A model generated the notes under the pieces. The model saw nothing but the letters and a program-made list of their open reading frames with translations. It did no database searches and was not told the origin of the DNA. Made by a program: the position numbers and the translations under genes. Of a stretch of DNA of 64,000 bases, positions 28,842 to 39,800 are shown in pieces; the stretch's first letter is position 1, and each line of letters begins with the position of its first letter. The stretch lies in IMG/VR virus record IMGVR_UViG_3300013101_001415; one strand, written 5' to 3'. The DNA is from a virus.

Positions 28842-30235
28842 TGAGTTCTATACAATTATATGCAAGCTGTCATGTTTATATGTTAGATAGTATATATGTA
28901 TTGAAAGGCGGTACTGCAACTCAACCTTCTTCTATCAGTGGTATTGGAGGGATTCTTGGTGGAGCTGCAGCTTTATCAGATGGGGTGTGTTCAGATTATG
29001 GAGGTAAGTTAGATGATATTACTTCTAGTTTAGGTGATATTGGTAATGGTATGAATTCTCCAATGAAAGGTTTAAGAAGTGAATTGGATGGTTTAATTGG
29101 TGGAGTAGCTTCTCCAATTAATGATATAGATAATGGATTAGATATTGTATCTAGTGATATAGCAGGATCTGTTCCATCTGTTCCAGATGTTTCTGAGATA
29201 GAAAAGTTGATGCAAGAATGTAGTATATTAAATGGAGATCTTTTAAGTGGTGGGTTATCACCTGGAGCTTTGATTGGTGATTTTTTAGATCAAGCAATTA
29301 GTTTTTTACTTGATAATTTGAATAATGCTTTAGATGGACTTAGTAGTTTATTAGAATTTCCGGCTGGTTTATTAATAAATCAAATTAATGATTTATTAGA
29401 TAAATTTAATATAGGAGGATTGCTTTCAGAGTTTGATAGTTATATCAATTGTTTAGAAGCAATATGCGGAAGAGACTTTGACTTACCAAGTGTTCCAAAC
29501 ATGGATTCAAATGGATTTCCACCAGTACAAGGTTTTGATTCAATGTATCATGTAGCTGGTTATCCTGATATTGGTGATATGATTGAAACTCCTGATTTTA
29601 GTAATTCTATGGATAAAATAAAAAATCTTACTGGAAATAGATTACCAGATATAGAAAGTTTTGGTATTTTAGATGTTCCTGGATATGCACAAACAACAGA
29701 TATTCCTGGTTATCCATATATAACTGATATGGTAAAAGATGCTAAATTTAATGAATCATATAAAGTAATGAAGGATACTGTTGTTACTAACGAATTTAAT
29801 GATGATCTTTTAAAAACTATATCAGACCCAGAATATCCTGAGATTAAAGGTATACCTGGTTACCCAGATGTAGCTGAGATGATACATGAACCTGCTTTTA
29901 ATAGCTCTAGAAATGATGCTCAACAACTAGCTCAAGCTAAACAAGTACCTTATTTAGAATATGTTGATGAAGCAATGAGTTATGTTAATAATATGTTGAA
30001 TGATTTAAATTTGACTGATGAAGGTAAGTTTGACCCAACTAAAGCTATAGCTGATGTTGATCTACCAACAGATATTATTGACAATCTAAATACAATAAAT
30101 GAAACAGTTGAAATTGACAAACAAGCAGCTGTCGATGCAATAGAACTAGTAGCAAGTAGTACTGAAGCTGTTTTAAATACAACTATTGAAGCAAAAACTG
30201 CTAGAATCAAAGAAGCAGTAGACTATTACTCATAA
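28841..30235 (+). CDS. acidic repeat-containing protein (probable baseplate/tail-associated)
   Basis: three internal PGYPD(I/V)xxM(I/V)xxPxFNxS repeats; adjacent to spike and amidase. Confidence 0.45.
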   Translation: MSSIQLYASCHVYMLDSIYVLKGGTATQPSSISGIGGILGGAAALSDGVCSDYGGKLDDITSSLGDIGNGMNSPMKGLRSELDGLIGGVASPINDIDNGLDIVSSDIAGSVPSVPDVSEIEKLMQECSILNGDLLSGGLSPGALIGDFLDQAISFLLDNLNNALDGLSSLLEFPAGLLINQINDLLDKFNIGGLLSEFDSYINCLEAICGRDFDLPSVPNMDSNGFPPVQGFDSMYHVAGYPDIGDMIETPDFSNSMDKIKNLTGNRLPDIESFGILDVPGYAQTTDIPGYPYITDMVKDAKFNESYKVMKDTVVTNEFNDDLLKTISDPEYPEIKGIPGYPDVAEMIHEPAFNSSRNDAQQLAQAKQVPYLEYVDEAMSYVNNMLNDLNLTDEGKFDPTKAIADVDLPTDIIDNLNTINETVEIDKQAAVDAIELVASSTEAVLNTTIEAKTARIKEAVDYYS

Positions 30236-30246
30236 AGGATTTTAAT

Positions 30247-30762
30247 ATGAAAATACCATTAAAACCAAGTTTGATGAAGATCAGAAGAGGTGTTGTCAAA
30301 TGGATTATTTTACATCATACTTCTGAAATATATAAGAATCCTGCATCAAAAATAGATAATGCTAAATTTCAAATGCCTGGATTATCAAAAGGTGTTTTAG
30401 AATTAAAACAATCAGATGTTAATTATCATTATGTAATAGATAAAATTGAAGATGACTATCATCCAATAGTATGTAGACCGTTTGTTTATTTATGTGATTG
30501 GGATGATATAAACATAAACATAAACAATAGAGCAATACATATTGCTCTTATGGGTAATTATGATTTCAAAATTCCTCAAAAAAGACTTTACGAAGTACTG
30601 GCGTTTAGATTATTAAATCCAATGATGAAAATATTTAAATTAACTCCATCAAGAATTAAACTTCATAGAGATGTATCCTCAAATAAAGAACTAACATGTC
30701 CTGGCGACTTTATAGATAAAGAAGTTGTTGAAACCATGGTTAGACGCTTTGTCCTAAAATAA
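30247..30762 (+). CDS. N-acetylmuramoyl-L-alanine amidase (T7-lysozyme/PGRP amidase_2 family)
   Basis: ILHHTSE N-terminal zinc-ligand region and C-terminal TCPGDF motif. Confidence 0.6.
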   Translation: MKIPLKPSLMKIRRGVVKWIILHHTSEIYKNPASKIDNAKFQMPGLSKGVLELKQSDVNYHYVIDKIEDDYHPIVCRPFVYLCDWDDINININNRAIHIALMGNYDFKIPQKRLYEVLAFRLLNPMMKIFKLTPSRIKLHRDVSSNKELTCPGDFIDKEVVETMVRRFVLK

Positions 30763-30849
30763 TAAGTTTGTTTCCATTATAGTATTTTTTACTATATACA
30801 TATATTTACATATACAAGGTAATGTAAACCAATATTGAAAGGAAACAAA

Positions 30850-32301
30850 ATGTCTTTAGACTTTAAAAAAATTGAACAAAAAAAATGGAATATGACTTTA
30901 GGCGATGAAGTCGTTGAATTAAATCTTAAATCCTCTTCTGTTACTAATAAATTTAATATAGTTACTGATTTTGTTAAACATGTAAATGATAATCTCGGGG
31001 AAGAATTTGAAAAATGGTTCTTTGATTTTGTTAAAGATTATAATCCTAAAGATAATATAACATATTTAACTAAAAATATTAATACATTAAAAGAATATAT
31101 TGAAAAACATTTTGAAATCGAAAATATGGATTATTCTGTATTTGTTGATAAAAGTAAAGCTAAAAAAGGAACAATTTTATTTGAACCAGAAGAAATAAAG
31201 AAAATTTTAGTAACATCTGGCTATTTAAAACTATATTCTTTTATTTCAATTAGATCTGATATTGTATTAGAAAACTCAGTACATAAAAAGATTTATAATG
31301 AAATGGTTGAAGAAATCATGAATACAGATGTTGTTTTTAAAATATTCAATATTATAAAAACAAAAGTATATAGATATAATCTTACTGATAGATATATGTG
31401 GGAATATATCAAAATGATTCAGTGTAAGTCTATTGATGTACATACAGTTGAAATATTTAATTTTATAATGAATTCAATTCTTATTTTATGTGAAGAAGAT
31501 AAAAATCCAATAACATATTTTGTTGGAGTAATTGAAGAATCAGTTAAATGGTTTTTAAGAAGTGTATATAAGAAAACAATTGTTTATGATGATTCTATAT
31601 CAACAGAAGATATTCATGGAATGAATGTTGATAATTTAAAAACTTATAGTTATAATGATACTCTTGGAAGATTAAAGGGTATTGCATATGAATATATTTA
31701 TAAAGAAATTGATAAAATGACTCCGATGACTGTTGATGACAATGAAGAAGCTGATAAAAACTTAGGAGAATTCCAACAAAGAGTTCAAGATATTGAATAT
31801 ATTTCTCCTTTGGGTGATTGTTTAGTATTTCCATTACTATCAAGAATCACTAATATTCCTTATTTTCATTTTAAAACATTATCACCAGAACATTCAATGG
31901 TTCTTTCTGTATATTTGCAAAAATTATTATATAAAGTATTTAAGAATGAATATTCAGATATGTTCTCAATGTTAAATTTTTACCCAACATCTTCTCCAGC
32001 AGTAGCAACAACTTATAAAATTAAAAATGTTAATGATTCATCTGGGTTTATTAATATACAAGATAAAACAAATAACTTTTTTGGATTTCAAACAAAAATA
32101 TTACCTTATAAGATAATGAGTTATTTTGTTGGTAGAACTTCAAGGGTTAACTTTTTTAACATATTTGATGGAAAGTCATTTGGAGGAATACCATTATCTA
32201 AAATAGAAAATAACATGGTTAAATTTTATACTTTGTTATTTTCTGGTAAATTAGATGATAAAATAAAAGAATTGTCTGATTTAATAGATTTGGACTTTTA
32301 A
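30850..32301 (+). CDS. hypothetical protein
   Basis: 484 aa; start chosen after AAAGGAAACAAAATG. Confidence 0.5.
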   Translation: MSLDFKKIEQKKWNMTLGDEVVELNLKSSSVTNKFNIVTDFVKHVNDNLGEEFEKWFFDFVKDYNPKDNITYLTKNINTLKEYIEKHFEIENMDYSVFVDKSKAKKGTILFEPEEIKKILVTSGYLKLYSFISIRSDIVLENSVHKKIYNEMVEEIMNTDVVFKIFNIIKTKVYRYNLTDRYMWEYIKMIQCKSIDVHTVEIFNFIMNSILILCEEDKNPITYFVGVIEESVKWFLRSVYKKTIVYDDSISTEDIHGMNVDNLKTYSYNDTLGRLKGIAYEYIYKEIDKMTPMTVDDNEEADKNLGEFQQRVQDIEYISPLGDCLVFPLLSRITNIPYFHFKTLSPEHSMVLSVYLQKLLYKVFKNEYSDMFSMLNFYPTSSPAVATTYKIKNVNDSSGFINIQDKTNNFFGFQTKILPYKIMSYFVGRTSRVNFFNIFDGKSFGGIPLSKIENNMVKFYTLLFSGKLDDKIKELSDLIDLDF

Positions 32302-32309
32302 AATAAAAG

Positions 32310-32346
32310 GGTAGCTTATAGTAAATATAAGCTACCCTTTTTCCGT
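32310..32346 (+). terminator. rho-independent terminator
   Basis: GGGTAGCTTATA-GTAAA-TATAAGCTACCC followed by TTTTTCC. Confidence 0.7.
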
Positions 32347-32360
32347 CAGTTATGTTAATC

Positions 32361-32383
32361 TTTTTTTAGAACAAAATATAAAG
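32361..32383 (+). promoter_or_regulatory. promoter-like motif TTTTTTTAGAACAAAATATAAAG
   Basis: identical core to 22378-22398; 26 bp upstream of ATG 32409. Confidence 0.4.
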
Positions 32384-32408
32384 TAAATAATATGGAGAGT
32401 AATATGTT

Positions 32409-33101
32409 ATGGAAAATTTTAAAGTATTAAACGAATTATTTAGAAAAGCATATGATTTAATTTCACCAATCACTTATCATGATGATGTTGATAGATTAAC
32501 TCCAGAATTTGTTCAACAAGATTCTAAAAAAAATCCTGGTTGTTATTTATCTATTGATACTGGATCTGATCATACTATATTTCCTATATGTAATAGATAT
32601 GGTTATAAATGTCCAAAAATGATTAACTTCTCATTAAAGTTAGCAAAAGGAATGGCTAAATCAGAAATAGCTCGTGAAAGAGATATGACAGGAGCTATAA
32701 TTCAATTAAAAAAATTACACGCTAAATATTCTAAAGAAGTTCCTAATACAATGAGTCAAGCTGTATTAAAAGGAAAATCTACCAAACGTTTTAATAGAAA
32801 AATGCAATTGAATAGTATTATGAGAAAAAATGAAGAACATGTTGATTTATTTCATGAAAAACTTAGAGTAGTGGATAAGGAGGCGGTGGAAGGTGCTCTT
32901 AAAAAATCTCATGAAATGGGTATTGTGAGAGGATCATTGGCTGGTGTTGGAGGAACAGTTCTTGCATATGAATTATATAAAGGATTAAAAAGTTTATATA
33001 AAAAATTTAAAGCTGAAAAAGATCCAACTAAAAAAGATATTTTAAAAGCGAAAATTAAAAAACAAAAAGATAAAATTCAAAAAGCAAAAAAGAAGAAATA
33101 A
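32409..33101 (+). CDS. hypothetical protein with Lys-rich C-terminus
   Basis: 230 aa. Confidence 0.5.
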   Translation: MENFKVLNELFRKAYDLISPITYHDDVDRLTPEFVQQDSKKNPGCYLSIDTGSDHTIFPICNRYGYKCPKMINFSLKLAKGMAKSEIARERDMTGAIIQLKKLHAKYSKEVPNTMSQAVLKGKSTKRFNRKMQLNSIMRKNEEHVDLFHEKLRVVDKEAVEGALKKSHEMGIVRGSLAGVGGTVLAYELYKGLKSLYKKFKAEKDPTKKDILKAKIKKQKDKIQKAKKKK

Positions 33102-33104
33102 AAT

Positions 33105-35444
33105 ATGTTAAGATTATTAAATCCAAAAAGTTTTTGTAAAAATCTTAAACCAGTAACATCTATGATCACTACCACTAAATCTGGTGACTTTCATGAAGAA
33201 GGTTTGTTTAGTGAAGACATTTTTGGACCAGATGGTTCGCCAGATAGAAGAATTATATTCTCTTATTTTGAATTATATGGTTACGCTATTCATCCTGCTA
33301 TGTATAGAATATTATTACAAATAGATAGAAGAGTAGAAAAGTTTATTTCTACTGAAGAATCTTTTATTTTAGATAAAGATGGTATATTAGAGATAAACAA
33401 TAAAGGTGTTACTGGGATGAAAGAGTTTATAAAATTATTTCCTAGTATAAATTGGAGAGGTGGAACTGAATTAAGAAAAAAGCTTATTAAACTCATTAAA
33501 AAAGAAACTAAAAACAACACAATGTTTATTGATAAAATTATTGTAATTCCTCCAGATTTAAGACCTTCTATAAAAGGTGAAGATGGTAATAGGATGGATG
33601 ATCAATTAAATGATGTATATATTTCTGTTATGAGAAAGGCTTCTCAATTAAGATCTTCTGGTTCTGGTCCGTTATATGATTTATTAAATTATTCTATGCA
33701 ATTAGCAGTTATGGATCATGATAATTATATTAGATCAAAGATTGGTAAAAAGAAAGGTATTATTCGAGATCAAATGTTAGGAAAACGTATTGATTTTTCT
33801 GGTCGATCTGTTATAACACCTGATCCAAAAATAAAAATCAATGAAGTTGGATTACCACTAAGATTAGCTATTAGCTTATTTGAACCTTTTATTATGAACA
33901 GATTATTATATTCTGGTAAAGTTGATAAAGATGTTTTAGAAAAAGGTATCAAAGAATTTAATGGAATGGAACTTTCAACTGAATCTGTTAAAAGAGTAAT
34001 GAAAGGTATTAAAGAAGGAGATAAAATTCCAGAAAATCTTTATGAATTATTCTTTATACAAACAGAAGTTTCAATGATGGGTCGTGTTGTAGTAGTAAAA
34101 AGGGATCCAGTTTTACATACTCAAAGTTATTTAGCTTATTTTCCTGTCTTACATAGAGGCGATACAATGCTTATGTCTACTACTCAAGTTGGTGTTCATA
34201 ATGCAGATTTTGATGGCGATACAATGGCTGTATATCATCCATTAACAGATGAGGCTCAAGATGAAGCAAGAACAAGAATGATGAAACTAACTTCTGGAAC
34301 ATCATCTTCTGAGTTTATTTTTGGTTTATCAAAAGAAATATGGGCTGGGTTATATACTATTACAAAAGATAAAAAACCAACAGGGTCACCATTAGCAGTA
34401 TCTAATGAAGATATTGAAAATGCAACCGAACCGTATATAGCAGTTAAATATAGAGGTCAAAAAACAACAATGGGTAAAGCTATTGTTAATAGTTGCTTTC
34501 CAAAAGATATGGGTTATATGGAAGCACAAGCAACTAAAAAAACAATTAACTCAAAGATTGAACAGACTTATAATAAACATGGTGATGATATTATTAAAAT
34601 AGTTGTTGATAAATTAAAAGAAGTTGGATTTAAATGGGCTACCATCATGGCTCCATCTATGAGCTTAGATACTTTTGAATTACCAGCCTCGGTTTTAAAG
34701 ATTAAAGAAAAATTAAAAACAGCAGATCCAGAGGAAGCTCAAACTCTAATAGAGGAAGCTCAAAAAATATTAGAAAAGCATTTAGACAATACAGGATTTG
34801 GAGATCTTGCTAATTCAGGGTCTACTAAGGGATGGGGTCAACCAATGCAAATACTAGTTGCAAAAGGTGTTATCGCTGATCCTGACGGTAATGTTTTAGA
34901 TCCTATATCAGGGTCATTTGCTGATGGTTTATCTAATAGAGAATACTTTGATGCCTCTCAAGGAGCAAGAAAAGGTATTATTGATAGAGTTATTAATACA
35001 GCTGAAACAGGATATATGTCAAGAAAATTAGCTTATTTATTAAATACAGTAGAACTTGACCCTCGTATAAAAGATTGTAAAACAACAAAAACATTAAACA
35101 TAAAACTTAATGATGTTTTAATTAAAAGATTTACAGGAAGGTTTGTTATTAAAAACGGGAAATTGATGGAATTTGAAAGAGCTAAATTTAAAGTTGGTGA
35201 TATAGCTAGTATAAGAACTCCTATCTATTGTAAGTCTGAAAAAATATGTCATACTTGTTATGGTAAATTATTACAAAGACATCAAACTCCTTATATTGGA
35301 ATATTAGCTGCTCAACTTATTGGAGAAAGAGGCACGCAATTAATAATGAAAACTTTTCATACAGGTGGAGCAGTATCTTTAGTAAAACGTGATATGTTAG
35401 ATGATATTATTAATAATGATCCATTATCTGGATTGGAAAAATAA
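33105..35444 (+). CDS. multisubunit RNA polymerase beta-prime subunit, N-terminal and catalytic part (through bridge helix and trigger-loop start)
   Basis: GLFSEDIFGP (region A), VHNADFDGDTMAVYHP (universal Mg-binding motif), GARKGIIDRVINTAETGYMSRKL (bridge helix), CHTCYG...AAQLIGERGTQLIMKTFHTGG. Confidence 0.85.
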   Translation: MLRLLNPKSFCKNLKPVTSMITTTKSGDFHEEGLFSEDIFGPDGSPDRRIIFSYFELYGYAIHPAMYRILLQIDRRVEKFISTEESFILDKDGILEINNKGVTGMKEFIKLFPSINWRGGTELRKKLIKLIKKETKNNTMFIDKIIVIPPDLRPSIKGEDGNRMDDQLNDVYISVMRKASQLRSSGSGPLYDLLNYSMQLAVMDHDNYIRSKIGKKKGIIRDQMLGKRIDFSGRSVITPDPKIKINEVGLPLRLAISLFEPFIMNRLLYSGKVDKDVLEKGIKEFNGMELSTESVKRVMKGIKEGDKIPENLYELFFIQTEVSMMGRVVVVKRDPVLHTQSYLAYFPVLHRGDTMLMSTTQVGVHNADFDGDTMAVYHPLTDEAQDEARTRMMKLTSGTSSSEFIFGLSKEIWAGLYTITKDKKPTGSPLAVSNEDIENATEPYIAVKYRGQKTTMGKAIVNSCFPKDMGYMEAQATKKTINSKIEQTYNKHGDDIIKIVVDKLKEVGFKWATIMAPSMSLDTFELPASVLKIKEKLKTADPEEAQTLIEEAQKILEKHLDNTGFGDLANSGSTKGWGQPMQILVAKGVIADPDGNVLDPISGSFADGLSNREYFDASQGARKGIIDRVINTAETGYMSRKLAYLLNTVELDPRIKDCKTTKTLNIKLNDVLIKRFTGRFVIKNGKLMEFERAKFKVGDIASIRTPIYCKSEKICHTCYGKLLQRHQTPYIGILAAQLIGERGTQLIMKTFHTGGAVSLVKRDMLDDIINNDPLSGLEK

Positions 35445-35457
35445 AAGAGGTAAATTT

Positions 35458-35733
35458 ATGAATAGAGAAATAGTGTCAATTTATATAAAAGAAAATTTTC
35501 CTGATGGATTAAGAGGTGCTTCCAAAAAAATAAAAATAAATTCAATTAGAATTTATGATGCTTTATATAAATATACAGACTACTTACCTAAATCATCTTC
35601 ATTCAAAGAAAGAGTTTATAATGTAATGAATTGTTATAATGGGAGAGCTTTATGTGAATGCGGTAAAGTATTACCATTTATAGGAACAAAAGATGGTTAT
35701 AAAAAGAAATGTTCTAAAAATTGTAAAGGGTAA
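35458..35733 (+). CDS. small Zn-ribbon protein inserted between the two beta-prime fragments
   Basis: C-terminal CECGK...CSKNC; start taken at ATG after AAAAGAGGTAAATTT. Confidence 0.45.
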   Translation: MNREIVSIYIKENFPDGLRGASKKIKINSIRIYDALYKYTDYLPKSSSFKERVYNVMNCYNGRALCECGKVLPFIGTKDGYKKKCSKNCKG

Positions 35734-35735
35734 AT

Positions 35736-36458
35736 ATGAAGATTAATAATTTTTTAAAACAAACAGGACAACAATTATTTACTACTCAACCGATGGTTCT
35801 AACAATTGATATGTCTGATTATGATAATACTAATTTAAAGATATCTGAAAGAGAAGATAAAAAAATATGGGTTAAATCATTATTAGCAAAAGCTGAGTAT
35901 AATAAAAAAATATTTGATATAACATTAGATTATACTGTTAATTTATTTGTTTATGAAATAGAAAGAATGGATAAAGAATATATCAAATTAAAATATGAAG
36001 CAAATTCTCCAATATTAGAAGTTTCATCTGAAGCTTCGGAATCATCAGTACAAATTTCTTATGTTGAAAGACTTATTGGTGGTAGAGAAATATTAAAAGA
36101 TGCTGATCATCTTTATAGAAAATTATTTGCTGTATATGGTAAATTATCTAATATGGATTCAGTTCATTTGGAAACTATGTGTTCTCAAGTTTTAAGAGAT
36201 AAAAAGGATGTTCAAATACCAGCAAGATTAGGAAGAAAGTGGGATCCGATATTGATTAATTTAAAGAAAATAGTATTCTCAGAAGGGTTTGTAAATGGAA
36301 TAGCATTTGAAAATATTAATGAATCAATTAAAACTGGACTTATCTCAGAGGAAAGAAATGAACCTTCAATTATTGAAAAGGTTCTTACAGGAACTTTGGT
36401 TGATGAAAAACGAGGTAGAACATCTAGACTTGGAAGCAGTAATTATAAAAATAGATAA
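35736..36458 (+). CDS. RNA polymerase beta-prime C-terminal fragment (regions G/H), putative
   Basis: NMDSVHLETMCSQVLR and GLISEERNEPSIIEKVL resemble beta-prime INDKHIEVIVRQMLR and SFISAASFQETTRVL; weaker than the other subunits. Confidence 0.5.
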   Translation: MKINNFLKQTGQQLFTTQPMVLTIDMSDYDNTNLKISEREDKKIWVKSLLAKAEYNKKIFDITLDYTVNLFVYEIERMDKEYIKLKYEANSPILEVSSEASESSVQISYVERLIGGREILKDADHLYRKLFAVYGKLSNMDSVHLETMCSQVLRDKKDVQIPARLGRKWDPILINLKKIVFSEGFVNGIAFENINESIKTGLISEERNEPSIIEKVLTGTLVDEKRGRTSRLGSSNYKNR

Positions 36459-36470
36459 AGGGAATAAATT

Positions 36471-36818
36471 ATGTATGAATATAAAGCAATGATATCAAGA
36501 GTTGTTGATGGTGATACCTTTGATGCAGAAGTTGATGTAGGATTTAGTATTACAATTAAACATAGGTTTAGATTAACAGAAATTGATACACCTGAAACAT
36601 GGAGACCAAAGACATCATCTGAAGCAGAACATGGGTTTAGATGTACTAATTTTGTTAAATCATTAATAGAATATAAAGATGTTATAATAAAATCATCAAA
36701 ACTTGGAATATATGGAAGATATGAAGCTTCATTAACTTTACCAGATGGTAATGATTTAGCAACAATATTAAAAGAAAATGGATTTGAAAAATTAGATAGC
36801 TATCCAGAGGATAAATAA
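36471..36818 (+). CDS. staphylococcal (thermo)nuclease-like nuclease
   Basis: RVVDGDTFDAEV...RFRLTEIDTPET and GRYEASLTLPDGNDLATILKENGF match SNase fold motifs. Confidence 0.7.
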   Translation: MYEYKAMISRVVDGDTFDAEVDVGFSITIKHRFRLTEIDTPETWRPKTSSEAEHGFRCTNFVKSLIEYKDVIIKSSKLGIYGRYEASLTLPDGNDLATILKENGFEKLDSYPEDK

Positions 36819-39800
36819 TGATTCAATTTAAAGCGCTTAAACCATTTACACATGTTGTTAATGGGATACGATTTCCACAAGATTCCAAGAATCCTTTCAT
36901 TATACTTTACTTTAGTGAAAATTCAACATTAGTTGATGATTATTCTAAATTAAATTTAAAAAGAGTGGATGTTAAAAAAGTTATCGTTCCTAAAACAAAA
37001 ATTCCATATAGCTTTATGTCACCAGAACTTAAAAAAACATATAAGGCGTATGGTTTGGTAGCTTCTAGTTCTACACAATCAATACCTCAAAAACAAAATC
37101 TTATGTATGACTTAACACCTTTTTTAAATATATTAGATAATGCATATAAATTAAAAAATTATAGAGCTCGTGGTGGTTTTATATTAAAAAATATAATTGA
37201 TAAAATATTTAGTTCATTTCCTAATAATTATCAAAAGATTTTTATGTATAGTACCAATGCAACTAAAGGTATGAATAAATATATTGATAGAAAAATATTT
37301 CCATTTGTTATAGAATTAAAGAAAAATAAATTATACTATGATCATTTGATACTAAATACCATTGGGGATAATTCATCTAGATATCGACTATTAATGAAAG
37401 ATAGATCTATTAAATTCAATAGAATAAATTTATTTCTTAAAAATATTAAAATTATTGATGATGATGAAGAACTTGAAAATAAAATAAATACTGCGACCAA
37501 TACAGTAATTAAAAAAATTAAAGATGATATAACACCTTCTAACAAAAATAAATTTAAACAATCAATACAAAAGTTTTTTGAGAAAAATCCAAATACTTTA
37601 GAAAAAGCTCATAATAATGATATAACTAATAATGACGCTAAAGATATTGCAACAGCATCTGTATTATATAGAACAACTGGCGATATGGGAAAATCTCGTA
37701 AAACGACTTCAAAAATTCCAGAAAATAAAAAAACTGCTGCTCTAAAAGTTATTGATAAAAAATATGCTGATGAATTATTACAACCTAAAAAAACAGAAAC
37801 CACAGCAGAAGATTTAGTTATACAATTATCAAATGTTTCTAATGCAGTTGGTAATAAATCACCTGAACATATTTTTGAAAAAAGAAAAATAGACTTTGAA
37901 ACTAATTTAAAGAAAGATGTTGTGAATTCTTTTAAGGTTTTAGAAACAAAAAATATTCCGTTAAAGTTTAAAACTATTAATATTGTTAAAAAACCTATAA
38001 GAAGAGGGGATTTATCTCCATCAAATATTAGTACTATAAAAATTACCATGGTTGATAAATTTAAAAGAGAACATGAAATTTTATTAGATGTTCCTAATAT
38101 AGCAGATGATGGAACATTTCAAATTAATGGTAAGAAAAAATGTCTTATTAATCAATTGGTTTTATGTCCAATAACATTCCCTAAAAAATATGATAGTAAG
38201 TTTGAAAGTAGTTATTCTACATTCCATATTTGGAGTAAAAGAACAAAAAGAGAAGAATATTTAGAAGCATACATTGGATCATATAAAGTTCCTTTATTGG
38301 TTCTATTATCCTTTAGTTTTGGTTTTAAAGAGACACTGAAATTATATGATATTAGGTATAAGATAACAAACGAGAAACCTGATAAAGAGGTTAAATGGAC
38401 CGTTAAAGTTGACGATAACCAATGGATTTTATTTGAAAATATCAATACAAAATTAAAAGAAGAATTAATTCAATCATTAGTTCATTCCAACATTAGTTCA
38501 TATAATTTAAAAGCAGAGTTTTTAACTAAACAATATTTTAATGATTTGATTATTAAAATAGCGGGTCGTATTAATTCAACATTTTTAATACAATCAAATT
38601 TAGAGAATATTGTGGATCCTGTAGCTAAACAAGTTTTAATAAATAAACAATTACCATCTGAATTACATTTGATTATGAAATATATGTCATCTAAAGCAGT
38701 TGAAGGATTTGTACAAAAAAGAAATGATATATCAAATCAAAGAATAAGAAATTCAGAGATTCTTGTTCATCTAGCACAAAAGCAAATTTTAGCAGCTCAC
38801 ACAGAATATAAAGAACAAGTATTATCTGGCAATAAAAAAGCTATATTTTCTATATCTCAAACTAAAGTATTAAGCGATTTTATAAATTCAGAAATTGTAG
38901 CTGATATGGAGTATGCTAATCCAATAGAAGAAATGGCTACTAAAACAAGAGTTTCTCCTGTTGGTAAAGCAATTGGAGGTATACCTGATAAACAAGCTAT
39001 ACAAAATGAAGGTCGTAATGTTCATGATTCTATGTTTGGAAATATTGATACACTTGATACACCTGAAGGTGAAAATGTTGGTATTGTACAGCAATTAACT
39101 GTTGATGCTTTCATAACATCAGCGAGAGGTATTATTCAAACTAAAGATAAAAAAGAAGGTGAAAATTCTGGACTTTTATCTACAACAGCTGCTCAAATAC
39201 CATTTGTTGAAAATAACGATGGTAATAGGGTTATGTTTGGATGTAGTCAAATGAGACAAGCTGTACCATTAAGAAACCCAGAAATACCAATGATTCAATC
39301 AGGATATGAATCAATTTTAACAAGTGTCTTGTCTGATGATTTTATCAAAAAATCTCCTTGTAATGGAAAGATTACTAGGGTAACAAAAGATGATATTTCT
39401 ATTAAATGTAGTACTGGTGGTAATAAAGTTATATCAATAACACCAGTTCATTTAAGATCAGGATCTGGTAAGGATACATTAAGTGTATTTAAACCTACTG
39501 TAAAGGTTGGTCAAGTTGTTAAATATAAAAGTATAATAGCTGAAGGATCATGTATTACTGGTGGATCTATTGCTCTTGGAAGAAGTATGTGTGTTGCTTT
39601 AATGCCTTATAAAGGTTTTAACTTTGAGGATGGAATTGTTATATCTGAAAGAATAGTAAAAGAAGGAATTCTAAATTCATTACATGGTATAGTTGAAGAA
39701 GTTGAAATAGCAAAAGATGACAGAGTTGTATTTATAAATAAATTAGGAGCTGAGACTATAAAAGGAGAACCATTATTAAGAAAGAGTATTGGAGAGATTG

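Noticed and set aside
36307-36492. Plus-strand ORFs nested in or overlapping larger genes in another frame (36307-36492, 41450-41704, 49579-49992, 2907-2954 extension)
   Set aside because: They are embedded out-of-frame within genes that have strong homology (beta-prime C-terminal fragment, Lys/Ala-rich paralog, VWA protein). Their composition is typical of frame artefacts.
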